Source of the DNA: Acidimicrobiales bacterium
GTDB taxonomy: Bacteria > Actinomycetota > Acidimicrobiia > Acidimicrobiales > Bin134
NCBI GenBank assembly: GCA_963663255.1
Contig: OY760141.1
Span: 1,541,295 to 1,605,294 of the forward strand
Direction of reading: 5' to 3'
DNA length: 64,000 bases
The notes beneath the pieces were generated by a model that saw only the letters and a program-made list of their open reading frames with translations, made no database searches and was not told the DNA's origin. The translations under genes and the position numbers were made by a program. Below are positions 28,087 to 36,781 of the stretch, in pieces (within the stretch, counting starts at the first letter, position 1; every line of letters begins with the position of its first letter).

Positions 28087-28098
28087 TACACATGTGTA
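28087..28098. promoter_or_regulatory. Perfect 12-bp palindrome TACACATGTGTA in a divergent promoter region (candidate operator)
   Basis: Read directly at 28087-28098. It is flanked by an AT-rich TATAAAAAAG, between the divergent starts at 28010 (-) and 28132 (+). Confidence 0.4.
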
Positions 28099-28131
28099 TA
28101 AAAAAGAGCGCGGCCGTGCGAGGAGACCGCA

Positions 28132-30264
28132 ATGACCGACGATGCAAAAGGTGACGCCGACCGACGGAGCCGGTGGTGGCACCGTCCATTTTCGGTCTTT
28201 CAGACCAACCTTCAGGAGATCGACGCGACACTCGATGTCGACGCGGCACTCGACTTCATCGAGGACTACGGGGCCGATACCTGGTTGCTCAATACCGGTG
28301 GCATAGTTTCATTCCACCCCTCTCGACTGTCTTTCCAGACGCCGAGCCCATACCTGGCCAATCGCTTGTCGGGCGACCTCGTCGGCGATGCAGTGACAGC
28401 CGCTCACGACCGGGGCTTGAAGCTGATCGCGAGGCTTGACTTCTCAAAGGTCTCAACCCGAGTCGCTCAAGAGCATCCAGAATGGCTGTACGTGTCACCG
28501 GATGGTCAGCCGCAGGTCTACAACACGCTCTACAGCGTCTGCCCTTCCGGCGCCTACTACCAGGAGCGCACATTCGACATCCTCGACGAGATCATGGATC
28601 GATACGCCATCGACGGGTTCTTTTTCAACTGGTTCAATTTCAATGAACGCGACTACAGCCGCAGATACCTGGGAGTTTGCCAGTGCACTAGCTGCCAGGA
28701 GCGGTACGCGGCGTGTAGCGACGAATCTCTGCCGGTCGGACCCGAATCCGACAACTACCGTGACTGGCTGAAGTTCTCTTTCGAGACAACCGGCAGTCTG
28801 ACCAAGCGGATCGCCGGCCACGTCTCAAGCCGTTGCCCAGATGTTGCTCTCGTGCTCCGGCGTGGAGCCACGATCGCCTACCAGGAGGCCAACAACGCGT
28901 TCGGTACCGACGTCTGGCACCACGAGACCGGCGAGGCTGTCAGCGCCCACGTCAACACCTCACCGGACGTGCCGGTTATGGTCAATTCGGTTGCGTTCGT
29001 CGATATGCCGTATCGAATGGCAGGCGAACAGCCCGAGCGCTTTGCTCAGTATCTGATCCAAGCAATCGCCCGAGGGGGCAACCCATCGACGTACATCATG
29101 GGCCCGCCGGGGCGGATTCCCTACGCAAGCCTCCCGTCCGGCCGGGAAGTGACCCGATTTCACCGCCAGCACATCGACGTGTACACCTCACTGGAGTCAG
29201 CAGCAACCATCGCCGTCGTGCGGCCCGACCGCTTCGGCATGCCCCCCCACCGCTACGCCACAACCCGCGAGGAATACCGAGGCATCTACGCCTCACTGCA
29301 ACAGACCCATCACCCCTTCGACGTCTTGGCCGTCGAGTCGCTCACTGATGCGGGCAGCCTGGGGCGCCTGAGCCGTTATTCGGTCATCGTCGTTCCAGAC
29401 CTTGGCCCCCTCGGCCTAGGCACTGCCAAGGTCCTTGATGACTATGTATATGGCGGTGGCCACCTCCTCTGCACCGGCTCGAGCGCTGTGGGAGAAGATG
29501 GCACCGTTGAGCTTGCCTCCAGCCCCGCCGACGCTGCGAAGGGAAAACCTGAGGCCGATGCGGCGACTTGGTCTCGCTACGCCACCCTTGTGGAGCAGCC
29601 CGACGCCGACGACTACTGCTATTCGCCGTCCCTTGTGCCTGTCTGGGGGGCGAACTTGTCGTTCGCCTGGAAACCTGGAACCACGATGCTCGGTTCGGTA
29701 CTTCCCCCTGCGCCGTACGGTCCTCCTGAGAAGTGCTATGGGCATGTTGTCGGCGCAGAACCGGCGATGGTCACGAAAATGCACGGCTCCGGCGGGGTGA
29801 CAGTGATTCCCTGGACGGTTGGTCGCACTTATCGAGAGTTCGGGACCACCGAAGTCCGCAATTTCCTGCTCAGTGCTGTGACCCCTCATTTTGAGAACGC
29901 GGTGACGACCACATTCCCCGAACACGTTGAGCTAATCCTCGGCACCGACGACCGAGGCCTCGTACTCCACTTTCTCAACCTGACCGGGGCCCGACACCGT
30001 ACCTTCGGTCCGCACGTGAGAATTCCCGGCGGCCAAGTGCGTCTAAACGGTGTCAAAGCATCTCGCGCCGAGGCGCTGGTGGCGGCGAGCCCTATCGCGG
30101 TCCGCTACGACGGCTCCGACACTGTCCTCGATCTCCCGCCACTCGAGCGCTTCGAGGTTCTCCGGGTTGCGACGCTAAATGAAACTAATGTCATGTCTTC
30201 AAGGTCACACCTTGCTTCGGCTGTCGCCGAGTCGATCGGCTCTCCAACCACCGAAAGGACCTAG
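28132..30264 (+). CDS. Putative glycoside-hydrolase-like protein (GHL6/GH42-like TIM barrel plus trimerisation-like domain)
   Basis: 710 aa with SD GAGGAG upstream. N-terminal FQTNLQEID...DTWLLNTGG...HDRGLKLIARLDFSK...IDGFFFNW resembles GHL6-type barrels. The later RYSVIVVPDLGPLG...GGGHLLCTG resembles the GH42 class-I-amidotransferase-like domain. Assignment is tentative. Confidence 0.55.
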   Translation: MTDDAKGDADRRSRWWHRPFSVFQTNLQEIDATLDVDAALDFIEDYGADTWLLNTGGIVSFHPSRLSFQTPSPYLANRLSGDLVGDAVTAAHDRGLKLIARLDFSKVSTRVAQEHPEWLYVSPDGQPQVYNTLYSVCPSGAYYQERTFDILDEIMDRYAIDGFFFNWFNFNERDYSRRYLGVCQCTSCQERYAACSDESLPVGPESDNYRDWLKFSFETTGSLTKRIAGHVSSRCPDVALVLRRGATIAYQEANNAFGTDVWHHETGEAVSAHVNTSPDVPVMVNSVAFVDMPYRMAGEQPERFAQYLIQAIARGGNPSTYIMGPPGRIPYASLPSGREVTRFHRQHIDVYTSLESAATIAVVRPDRFGMPPHRYATTREEYRGIYASLQQTHHPFDVLAVESLTDAGSLGRLSRYSVIVVPDLGPLGLGTAKVLDDYVYGGGHLLCTGSSAVGEDGTVELASSPADAAKGKPEADAATWSRYATLVEQPDADDYCYSPSLVPVWGANLSFAWKPGTTMLGSVLPPAPYGPPEKCYGHVVGAEPAMVTKMHGSGGVTVIPWTVGRTYREFGTTEVRNFLLSAVTPHFENAVTTTFPEHVELILGTDDRGLVLHFLNLTGARHRTFGPHVRIPGGQVRLNGVKASRAEALVAASPIAVRYDGSDTVLDLPPLERFEVLRVATLNETNVMSSRSHLASAVAESIGSPTTERT

Positions 30265-30266
30265 TC

Positions 30267-31523
30267 GTGACCTCAGTTGATTTCCGGGCGCGTCCGAATC
30301 GGGCGGCGATCCCGGTCGATCCGGCCTCGTTCGTTGCCGACTATGTGCCCGGGCGGGTGGAGCGAAACGGTGCCGTCGCTCGCCGCAGCGCTGATCGCCT
30401 GGGGTTGCCGTCGCTGACCCTGGAGGTCGATGGGGAGTTGGTCACCATAGAGCGTTCCCCAACGGGGTTGACGGTGCGCTCGGCCCCGGGGGGAGACCTC
30501 GTCGTCGCCCTTGGGGTGGAGACCTTCGCTGATCTGGTACACGATGCCGTGTCGACCTTTGGGGCCGAGATGGCGGGGCGGGCCGAGGTGCGGTCTGGTG
30601 AGATCGACGACTTCATTGGTTGGGAGCCGGTCTGGCGCACGCTGCTCGATGGCCGCCCGGCCTATGAGCCGAAGTCGATTGACTTTCGCGATCGCGCCGG
30701 TGCGCCGATGGACCTTCATCAGAGTTTCGGCCTCGACGACGATCCGACTGAGATTGGCCACTTTCTGGGAGAAGCTGGGTTCCTCCATCTTCGGGGTGTG
30801 TTCACGGCCGAGGAGATGGCCGCGGTGTCCGCCGACCTCGACATCGCCATGGCCGAGGCCGAACGCGACGATGGTGCTTCGTGGTGGGCCCGGGACGAGG
30901 CGGGGGAGTGGGCGCCGTCACGCATCCTCGGGTTCAATCATCGGTCCGCCGCGCTGCGCGAGCTGCTCTCAACCGACCGGTTCGGCCGCATCGCGACATT
31001 CACCGAAGACGAATTCGTGCAGCGAGATCCGTTCGCGGGCGACGCGGCTGAAGGCCTGCACAAGCGGGTCGGCATCGTTGAGGGCATCTCGGACGTGAGC
31101 TGGCACAAGGACTGTTCGTTGGGAGGGCATTCCCGCACATGCTGCGGGCTCGTCACGGGCATCTCGGTGACTGGTGCCGGTCCCGAGAACGGCGAACTCG
31201 GCGTGGTGGCGGGGTCGCACCGGGCCAATATCGCGGCGCTCGGGGTCGAGCAGATCGACCTGCCCCGCGTACCCCTGCCGACTGAGATCGGAGACGTCAC
31301 CGTCCACTGCTCGTGCACACTCCACATGAGCCGCCCTCCGGTGGCGGCGGAACGTCGCGTGGTCTACACCGGATTCGGCCTCGCGCCCCGACTGGAAGAC
31401 GATCCGGTGGTACTCGACGCGGCGACCCGGCGAAAGCAGCGGGCCTCGCTGAACGACCATGTTCGGCGCCACCAGCAAGAAGAGAGTGCCACCAGTACCC
31501 GGCGCGCCAACTTCGACCTCTGA
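30267..31523 (+). CDS. Phytanoyl-CoA dioxygenase (PhyH)-family Fe(II)/2OG oxygenase-like protein
   Basis: GTG start 3 nt after the upstream stop. SWHKD (HxD) and distal VHCSCTLHMS, with a jelly-roll-like C-terminal half. Confidence 0.6.
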   Translation: MTSVDFRARPNRAAIPVDPASFVADYVPGRVERNGAVARRSADRLGLPSLTLEVDGELVTIERSPTGLTVRSAPGGDLVVALGVETFADLVHDAVSTFGAEMAGRAEVRSGEIDDFIGWEPVWRTLLDGRPAYEPKSIDFRDRAGAPMDLHQSFGLDDDPTEIGHFLGEAGFLHLRGVFTAEEMAAVSADLDIAMAEAERDDGASWWARDEAGEWAPSRILGFNHRSAALRELLSTDRFGRIATFTEDEFVQRDPFAGDAAEGLHKRVGIVEGISDVSWHKDCSLGGHSRTCCGLVTGISVTGAGPENGELGVVAGSHRANIAALGVEQIDLPRVPLPTEIGDVTVHCSCTLHMSRPPVAAERRVVYTGFGLAPRLEDDPVVLDAATRRKQRASLNDHVRRHQQEESATSTRRANFDL

Positions 31524-31627
31524 GAGTCATGCGCAATTGCTAAAGGACTGACCTGTCGCTGGTGAGAGGACTAGAGATTGCCGGCACCGTGCGTAAGCTG
31601 ATGGAGTCCATCTGGCGTCGCCAAGCC

Positions 31628-32371
31628 CTAGGCGACAGGACTGGGCGTCAACTCTCGCAGGCTGAGGGAGACGCCGGTATCAGGGTCGAGGGTGACGAGC
31701 ACTGCGGCGGGCTCGCCTTCGAGAGACTCGGCGGTGGCGCCGGAGTAGGCGATTACCGAGGGGGATTCGCGGATTATCTGGTGGCGGTGGATGTGGCCCA
31801 GGGCCACGTAGTCCCAGTCGATGGCGTCGAGGTGGCTGGGGTAGATGGGCGACGAGCGATACGACGGGGTCTCATCGGGCATGACCAGACCGTGGCCCAT
31901 TGCAACACACCAGCCCTGCTCTGGGCGGGCGGGGAGACTATCGAGGGGGTGGAATCCGGGGTGGTGGTCGTCCATGGACTTGCCCCACACGGTGAGGTCC
32001 AACTCCGCGAGGTGAGTCGTCGAGCCTTCGAGGTCGTCGAGAATGGTGATCGGGAGATCGTGGATGTGGGGGCCGAATCGGTGGAGCACCGAGGATTCGG
32101 GGTGGGCGTCGTGGTTGCCGGCGATCATCACCACCGGGCACGACAGGCGAGCCAACTGGTCGGCGGCCCAGATCAGCACGTCGTCGCCTACCCGGTTGTG
32201 GTCGAACAGATCGCCCGAGATCATGAAGACATCCACCGCCTCGGCGATGGCCAAATCGATGGCCGATGCGAACGCTGCTTCTTGGCGCCGGGCCGGACCA
32301 GTTCCCAAGTGGCAGTCCGACGTGTGCAACAGCGAGAGGGATCGGCGTCGTTGGAGTTGGTTGTCGGCCAC
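31628..32371 (-). CDS. Metallophosphoesterase (Mre11/SbcD-like calcineurin fold)
   Basis: Motifs LLHTSDCHLG (DxH), ISGDLFD (GDxxD), IAGNHDAH (GNHD/E). 247 aa, with no SbcC-like partner nearby. Confidence 0.8.
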   Translation of the reverse strand: MADNQLQRRRSLSLLHTSDCHLGTGPARRQEAAFASAIDLAIAEAVDVFMISGDLFDHNRVGDDVLIWAADQLARLSCPVVMIAGNHDAHPESSVLHRFGPHIHDLPITILDDLEGSTTHLAELDLTVWGKSMDDHHPGFHPLDSLPARPEQGWCVAMGHGLVMPDETPSYRSSPIYPSHLDAIDWDYVALGHIHRHQIIRESPSVIAYSGATAESLEGEPAAVLVTLDPDTGVSLSLRELTPSPVA

Positions 32372-32434
32372 TAAGCCCTCGGATCTATGGGTTGACGTAG
32401 GCTCGCTGAGAGTCTCACTCGGGAAGGCAAGGCT

Positions 32435-33352
32435 ATGGCAGAACGGGCCATCGACGGCAAGGTTGCGTTGGTTACCGGCGCCAGCAAGGGCGGCACGGGC
32501 ACGGCGATCGCGATTCGCCTAGCTGCCGAAGGTGCACGAGTGGCAATAACCGCCCGAGATGAACAGGGCTTGGCCGCCACCAAGGACCGCATCGAATCTT
32601 CTGGCGGGGAGTGCCTTGTGCTTCCCTCGGACCTCAGCGATCCGACTGGGGCTCGTACCGAGTTGGTGCCCAAGACGGAGGAGGCGTTCGGCCCCATCGA
32701 CATCCTCGTCAACAACGCCGCCTTCGGCGGCTACCACCCGTTCGAGGAGGTCACGCCCAAGCAGCTCGAGCTGAGTCTGCAAGTCAACCTGTGGGCACCT
32801 TGGGAGCTTATGAAGGCCGTCATCGGCGGGATGCGCGAGCGGGGGAACGGAGCGATCTTGAACCTCACCACCTTCTCCGCTGAGCTGCCTCCCGGACCCC
32901 CGTTCCCGTCGAGCAAGCCGTCGAAAGCCGGCTTCGTCTACGGGGCACCCAAGGCGGCACTGAACAAGCTGACCGTGTCAGCGGCCAGCGAGTGCGAGGG
33001 GCAGGGGGTGGCGGTGAACGCCCTGACCCCCCAGGCGGCCATCGCTACACCGGCGCTGGTTGAAGGCGGCTGGATCGACGAGGAGATGTTCGAGCCGCTG
33101 GAGACCATGGCTGAGGCCGCCTTGGCTCTGGTCACAGGCGATCCGGATGTGCTCACCGGACGCATCGCCTTCAGCCTGCAACTATTGGTGGAGCTGGACC
33201 GGCCGGTGCGCGATCTCATGGGCGAGTCACTGGTCGAGGGCTGGCAGCCGGGCGACATTCCCGCGGCCATCGCCCGCCAAGAGGCCAACCTCGCCCGACG
33301 GGGCTGGCCCGATGCCTACACCTTCGGCCGGATCCACAGCCCGCGTCCATGA
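32435..33352 (+). CDS. SDR-family oxidoreductase
   Basis: VALVTGASKGGTGTAIA, NNAA, YGAPKAAL (YxxxK). Confidence 0.85.
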   Translation: MAERAIDGKVALVTGASKGGTGTAIAIRLAAEGARVAITARDEQGLAATKDRIESSGGECLVLPSDLSDPTGARTELVPKTEEAFGPIDILVNNAAFGGYHPFEEVTPKQLELSLQVNLWAPWELMKAVIGGMRERGNGAILNLTTFSAELPPGPPFPSSKPSKAGFVYGAPKAALNKLTVSAASECEGQGVAVNALTPQAAIATPALVEGGWIDEEMFEPLETMAEAALALVTGDPDVLTGRIAFSLQLLVELDRPVRDLMGESLVEGWQPGDIPAAIARQEANLARRGWPDAYTFGRIHSPRP

Positions 33353-34548
33353 GCGACGAGCTGTTCTTGAGGATCGCTACCGATCCCAGCGTCATCGCCG
33401 ACCCCTATCCGCTGCTGGCGGAGTTGCGGGAAGCTTCGCCGGTGCACAAGTTGAGCTTCGCCGACTACTGGGTCCTCACTCGCTATGAGGATTGCCGGGC
33501 AGCGCTGAGGGATCCCAGAATGGGGAATCCCGAGCCGGGCGACGCGGTGCCGACGCTGGTGGCCAACCGGGAGCGATATCCCGACGAAGAGCGATCCCTG
33601 CTGTTCTTGAATCCGCCCGACCACACCCGCCTGCGGTCGCTGGTAAGCAGAGCCTTTACCCCCCGTCGAGTGGAAGGTCTGCGGGAGACGGTGGAAGACA
33701 TGACTGTCGAACTGCTAGATCCGCTGGCCGCCGCCGGAGGGGGAGACTTGATCGATGAGCTGGCCTTCCCGCTGCCGGCCAACGTGATCAGTGAGCTGGT
33801 GGGAGTTCCCCGAGCTGATCGCGACTGGCTGCGACCCCTGGTGTCGGATTTGGCCGGCACCCTCGAGCCGAACCGCAGCGTGGAGGATCTGGAGCAGGCC
33901 GAGGCGTCGGGGGCGCAGGTGGCGGCGTATTTCGACGACTTGATCAACCGCCGGCGCACCAATCCCAGCGACGACCTGTTGTCGGGTCTGATTGCCGCCA
34001 GCGACGGTGAGGACCGGCTCACGCAAGGCGAGATCGGGCGGACGGTGTCATTGATCTACGCAGCCGGGTTTGAGACAACTACCAACCTCATCGGCAACAT
34101 GGTCCACTCTCTTATTGGCCACCCCGACCAGCTAGCTCAGCTGCGGGCTGACCGGTCGCTGGTGCCCGGCGCGGTGGACGAGGTGCTGCGCTATCAGCCT
34201 CCCGTACAGGTGGACGCCCGGTACACCTTCGAAGAGGTGGAAGTCGGTGGGCACGCCATCGCCCAGGGCAGCATGGTGTTGACACTGCTGGCCGCGGCCA
34301 ATCGCGACCCCGCGGTGATCGACGATCCCGACCGGTTCGACATCACCCGCCAAGACACGCCGCTGCTTTCGTTCGGCTCGGGTATCCACTACTGCCTGGG
34401 GGCATCGCTGGCCCGCCTAGAGGGCCAAGTGGTGCTGGCTGGCCTGCTTGACCGTTTCCAAACCTGGACTCCTTTGGAGGACGACCCCCCATGGAAGGAC
34501 CGGCTCACCTTGCGCGGGTTGGCCCGCTTACCGGTGGCTTTGTCCTAG
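33349..34548 (+). CDS. Cytochrome P450
   Basis: ATGA overlap with the upstream SDR. EVLRY (ExxR) and heme loop FGSGIHYCLGASLAR. Confidence 0.9.
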   Translation: MSDELFLRIATDPSVIADPYPLLAELREASPVHKLSFADYWVLTRYEDCRAALRDPRMGNPEPGDAVPTLVANRERYPDEERSLLFLNPPDHTRLRSLVSRAFTPRRVEGLRETVEDMTVELLDPLAAAGGGDLIDELAFPLPANVISELVGVPRADRDWLRPLVSDLAGTLEPNRSVEDLEQAEASGAQVAAYFDDLINRRRTNPSDDLLSGLIAASDGEDRLTQGEIGRTVSLIYAAGFETTTNLIGNMVHSLIGHPDQLAQLRADRSLVPGAVDEVLRYQPPVQVDARYTFEEVEVGGHAIAQGSMVLTLLAAANRDPAVIDDPDRFDITRQDTPLLSFGSGIHYCLGASLARLEGQVVLAGLLDRFQTWTPLEDDPPWKDRLTLRGLARLPVALS

Positions 34549-34555
34549 CCGAAGG

Positions 34556-35737
34556 TCAAAAAACGATCGGCACCGAGGCGTAGCCCTGTTGGAATGAGCC
34601 GGGCAGGCGGACCACCTCGTCAGCGGGCACTTCGAAGTCGGGGATGCGGGCCAGGGCTTCTTCTATGATGACCCGGCCCTCCAGGCGGGCCAGATGGGCG
34701 CCGATGCAGTAGTGCAATCCGTGGCCGAAGCCGAGCTGGCGGGGCGGGCGCCGGTGGATGTCGAAGCTCTCGGAGTCAGCGCCGAACTCCCGCTCGTCGC
34801 GGTTGGCCGACTGGTACAGCAGAAACACCCGGTCGCCGGGGGTCATCTCCTGGCCGCCGATCACCGTGGGTCGGCTCACCGTGCGGCCCAAATGCTGGAT
34901 GGGCACTTCTAGGCGCAGCATCTCCTCGAAAGCGCCCCCGCTGAGCGAAGGATCTTTAGCCAGGGCGGCCCGCTGGTCGCCGTCGGCGGCCAGGTGGATG
35001 AAGCCGCCGCCCATCACCTTGGGGGTGGTCTCCACCCCGCCGGTGAACAGGGTTGAGAGTTGGATGGCGGCGTCCTCGTCGTCGAAGGGATGACCCAGCA
35101 CATCCACCCCCAGCAGGGCTTCGATGTACTCCGGGCATTCTCCAGCCCGCTGTTTGGCCACGAAGCTGCACAAGTACTCTTGAATCTTGGCTCGGGCCGC
35201 GGGGGCGCGGTCGTCGTAGCGCATGGTCTGGTTGGCGTAGTCCACCAGCTTCTCCCCGTCGACAAAGGGGAAACCCAGCACCAGCGAGGTGCCGGCCACC
35301 GACACCGGCGAGGCCAGCTCGGTGACAATGTCGAGCCGCCCCCGTTCCAGACCGGCCTCCACGCAATCGGCCGCCACCCGGCGCAGCTCGGCCTCCAGCT
35401 CGGCCACCGGGCGGGGGCGCAGCGGGGGATAGAGGATCTTGCGGATCTGGGTGTGAGCCGGCGGGTCCATCTGGGAGAAGCTGAGGAACTGCCCCACCGG
35501 CAGGGGCCCCAGTTCGGCTGATGCTGGCTGATGCACCTGGTCTCGCAGGAAAACCGGCCCTTCCACAATGGTGAACGATTCCCGGTCACAACTCACCTCC
35601 CACAGCTCGGCGAACCGGGGCAGCGCCCAACCGTGATACTGCTCCAGTCGATGCACCCCGCCCGCCTCCCGCAACTCCCGATAGATCGGGAGCGGATCAG
35701 TGGCCACCTCAAGAGAGAACGGGTCGTATTCCGTCAT
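34556..35737 (-). CDS. Cytochrome P450
   Basis: P450 homology starts at MTEYDPFSLEV (ATG 35737). EEMLRLE (ExxR) and heme loop FGHGLHYCIGAHLAR. The longer ORF up to 36529 is an antisense shadow of the cyclase gene. Confidence 0.9.
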   Translation of the reverse strand: MTEYDPFSLEVATDPLPIYRELREAGGVHRLEQYHGWALPRFAELWEVSCDRESFTIVEGPVFLRDQVHQPASAELGPLPVGQFLSFSQMDPPAHTQIRKILYPPLRPRPVAELEAELRRVAADCVEAGLERGRLDIVTELASPVSVAGTSLVLGFPFVDGEKLVDYANQTMRYDDRAPAARAKIQEYLCSFVAKQRAGECPEYIEALLGVDVLGHPFDDEDAAIQLSTLFTGGVETTPKVMGGGFIHLAADGDQRAALAKDPSLSGGAFEEMLRLEVPIQHLGRTVSRPTVIGGQEMTPGDRVFLLYQSANRDEREFGADSESFDIHRRPPRQLGFGHGLHYCIGAHLARLEGRVIIEEALARIPDFEVPADEVVRLPGSFQQGYASVPIVF

Positions 35738-35755
35738 TGTGATAGAGACTGCCTT

Positions 35756-36694
35756 ATGGGACTGAGTGACCGCACGCCGCCAACCGCTGAAGAGTACGCC
35801 GCTTACCGGGAGCGGTTCTGCAACTGGGGCCGCTGGGGGGACGACGACGAGTTGGGCACCCTCAACCACATCACCCCCGATGCCCGTCGGGGCGCGGCCG
35901 CCCTGGTGCAGACGGGAGAAGCGGTGTCGATGAGCCGGCCCATCGACACCCACGCTGGCCCGGCCAACCCCTATCCGGCCCACCACTTCGTGGGCGCCGG
36001 GGACTCGGGGGCGATGGCCGACTACTTCGGGATGTTCATCCACGGCTTCGTGCAGACCCACATCGACGCCCTGTGCCACTTGTCGGTGGACGGTGGGGGC
36101 AAGTTCTGGAACGGCAAGGAGTTCGCCAAGCCCCCCATGCCCGCCGAGCACACCGGCACCATCGACTACTGGCGCGACGGCATCGTCACCCGGGGGGTCC
36201 TCTACGACGTCCCCCGATTTAGGGGCACCGACTACGTGGCGCCGGGTGAGCCGGTTCATGGTTGGGAGCTGGCCGACGTGGCTGCGGCACAGGGAATCGA
36301 GCCCCGGCCCGGCGATGCGGTGTGCATCCGCAGCGGCATGGACGTGTACTTCGAGAAGACCGGCACCTCGCAGGGGATGGGATCCAATGCCGGGGTCCAC
36401 GCCTCGGCCATCGAATTCCTCTATGAGACCGACGCCTCCTGTTTGACCTGGGACTTCCAGGACGCACCCCAAGACGACCAGGGCATCCCCAATCCGCTGC
36501 CCATTCGCATCGCGCTGCACGTCCACCACATCCTGTTGCCGTATATGGGCATGCCCATTATCGACAACGCCGATTTCGAGGCGGCGGCTGCCCGCTGCGC
36601 CGAGTTGGGCCGGTGGGAATTCCAGTACGTATGCGCTCCGCTGGTGTTACGCTACGGCACCGGTTCGCCGGTGAATCCCCTGGCAATTTTGTAG
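35756..36694 (+). CDS. Cyclase-family (kynurenine formamidase-like) metal-dependent hydrolase
   Basis: MGLSDRTPP...NWGRWGDDDELGTLNHI N-terminus and HGFVQTHIDALCH (HxxxxTHxDAxxH-like metal motif). Confidence 0.75.
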   Translation: MGLSDRTPPTAEEYAAYRERFCNWGRWGDDDELGTLNHITPDARRGAAALVQTGEAVSMSRPIDTHAGPANPYPAHHFVGAGDSGAMADYFGMFIHGFVQTHIDALCHLSVDGGGKFWNGKEFAKPPMPAEHTGTIDYWRDGIVTRGVLYDVPRFRGTDYVAPGEPVHGWELADVAAAQGIEPRPGDAVCIRSGMDVYFEKTGTSQGMGSNAGVHASAIEFLYETDASCLTWDFQDAPQDDQGIPNPLPIRIALHVHHILLPYMGMPIIDNADFEAAAARCAELGRWEFQYVCAPLVLRYGTGSPVNPLAIL

Positions 36695-36781
36695 CGCTAG
36701 ACCTTCTTCACCACCCACTGCGAGGCCAGGGTTTTCAATAGACCCGCAGACAACCTTGTAGCACTGGAGCGCTTATGAGGT

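Noticed and set aside
31628-32371. Metallophosphoesterase considered as SbcD of an SbcCD nuclease or part of a defence system
   Set aside because: No SbcC-like or other ATPase partner is adjacent. The protein is short (247 aa) and its neighbours are metabolic genes. The generic metallophosphoesterase call is kept.
35738-36529. N-terminal extension of about 264 aa on the minus-strand P450 ORF (34556..36529)
   Set aside because: P450 similarity begins at MTEYDPF (ATG 35737). The extension is antisense to the well-supported cyclase gene and has shadow-ORF composition.
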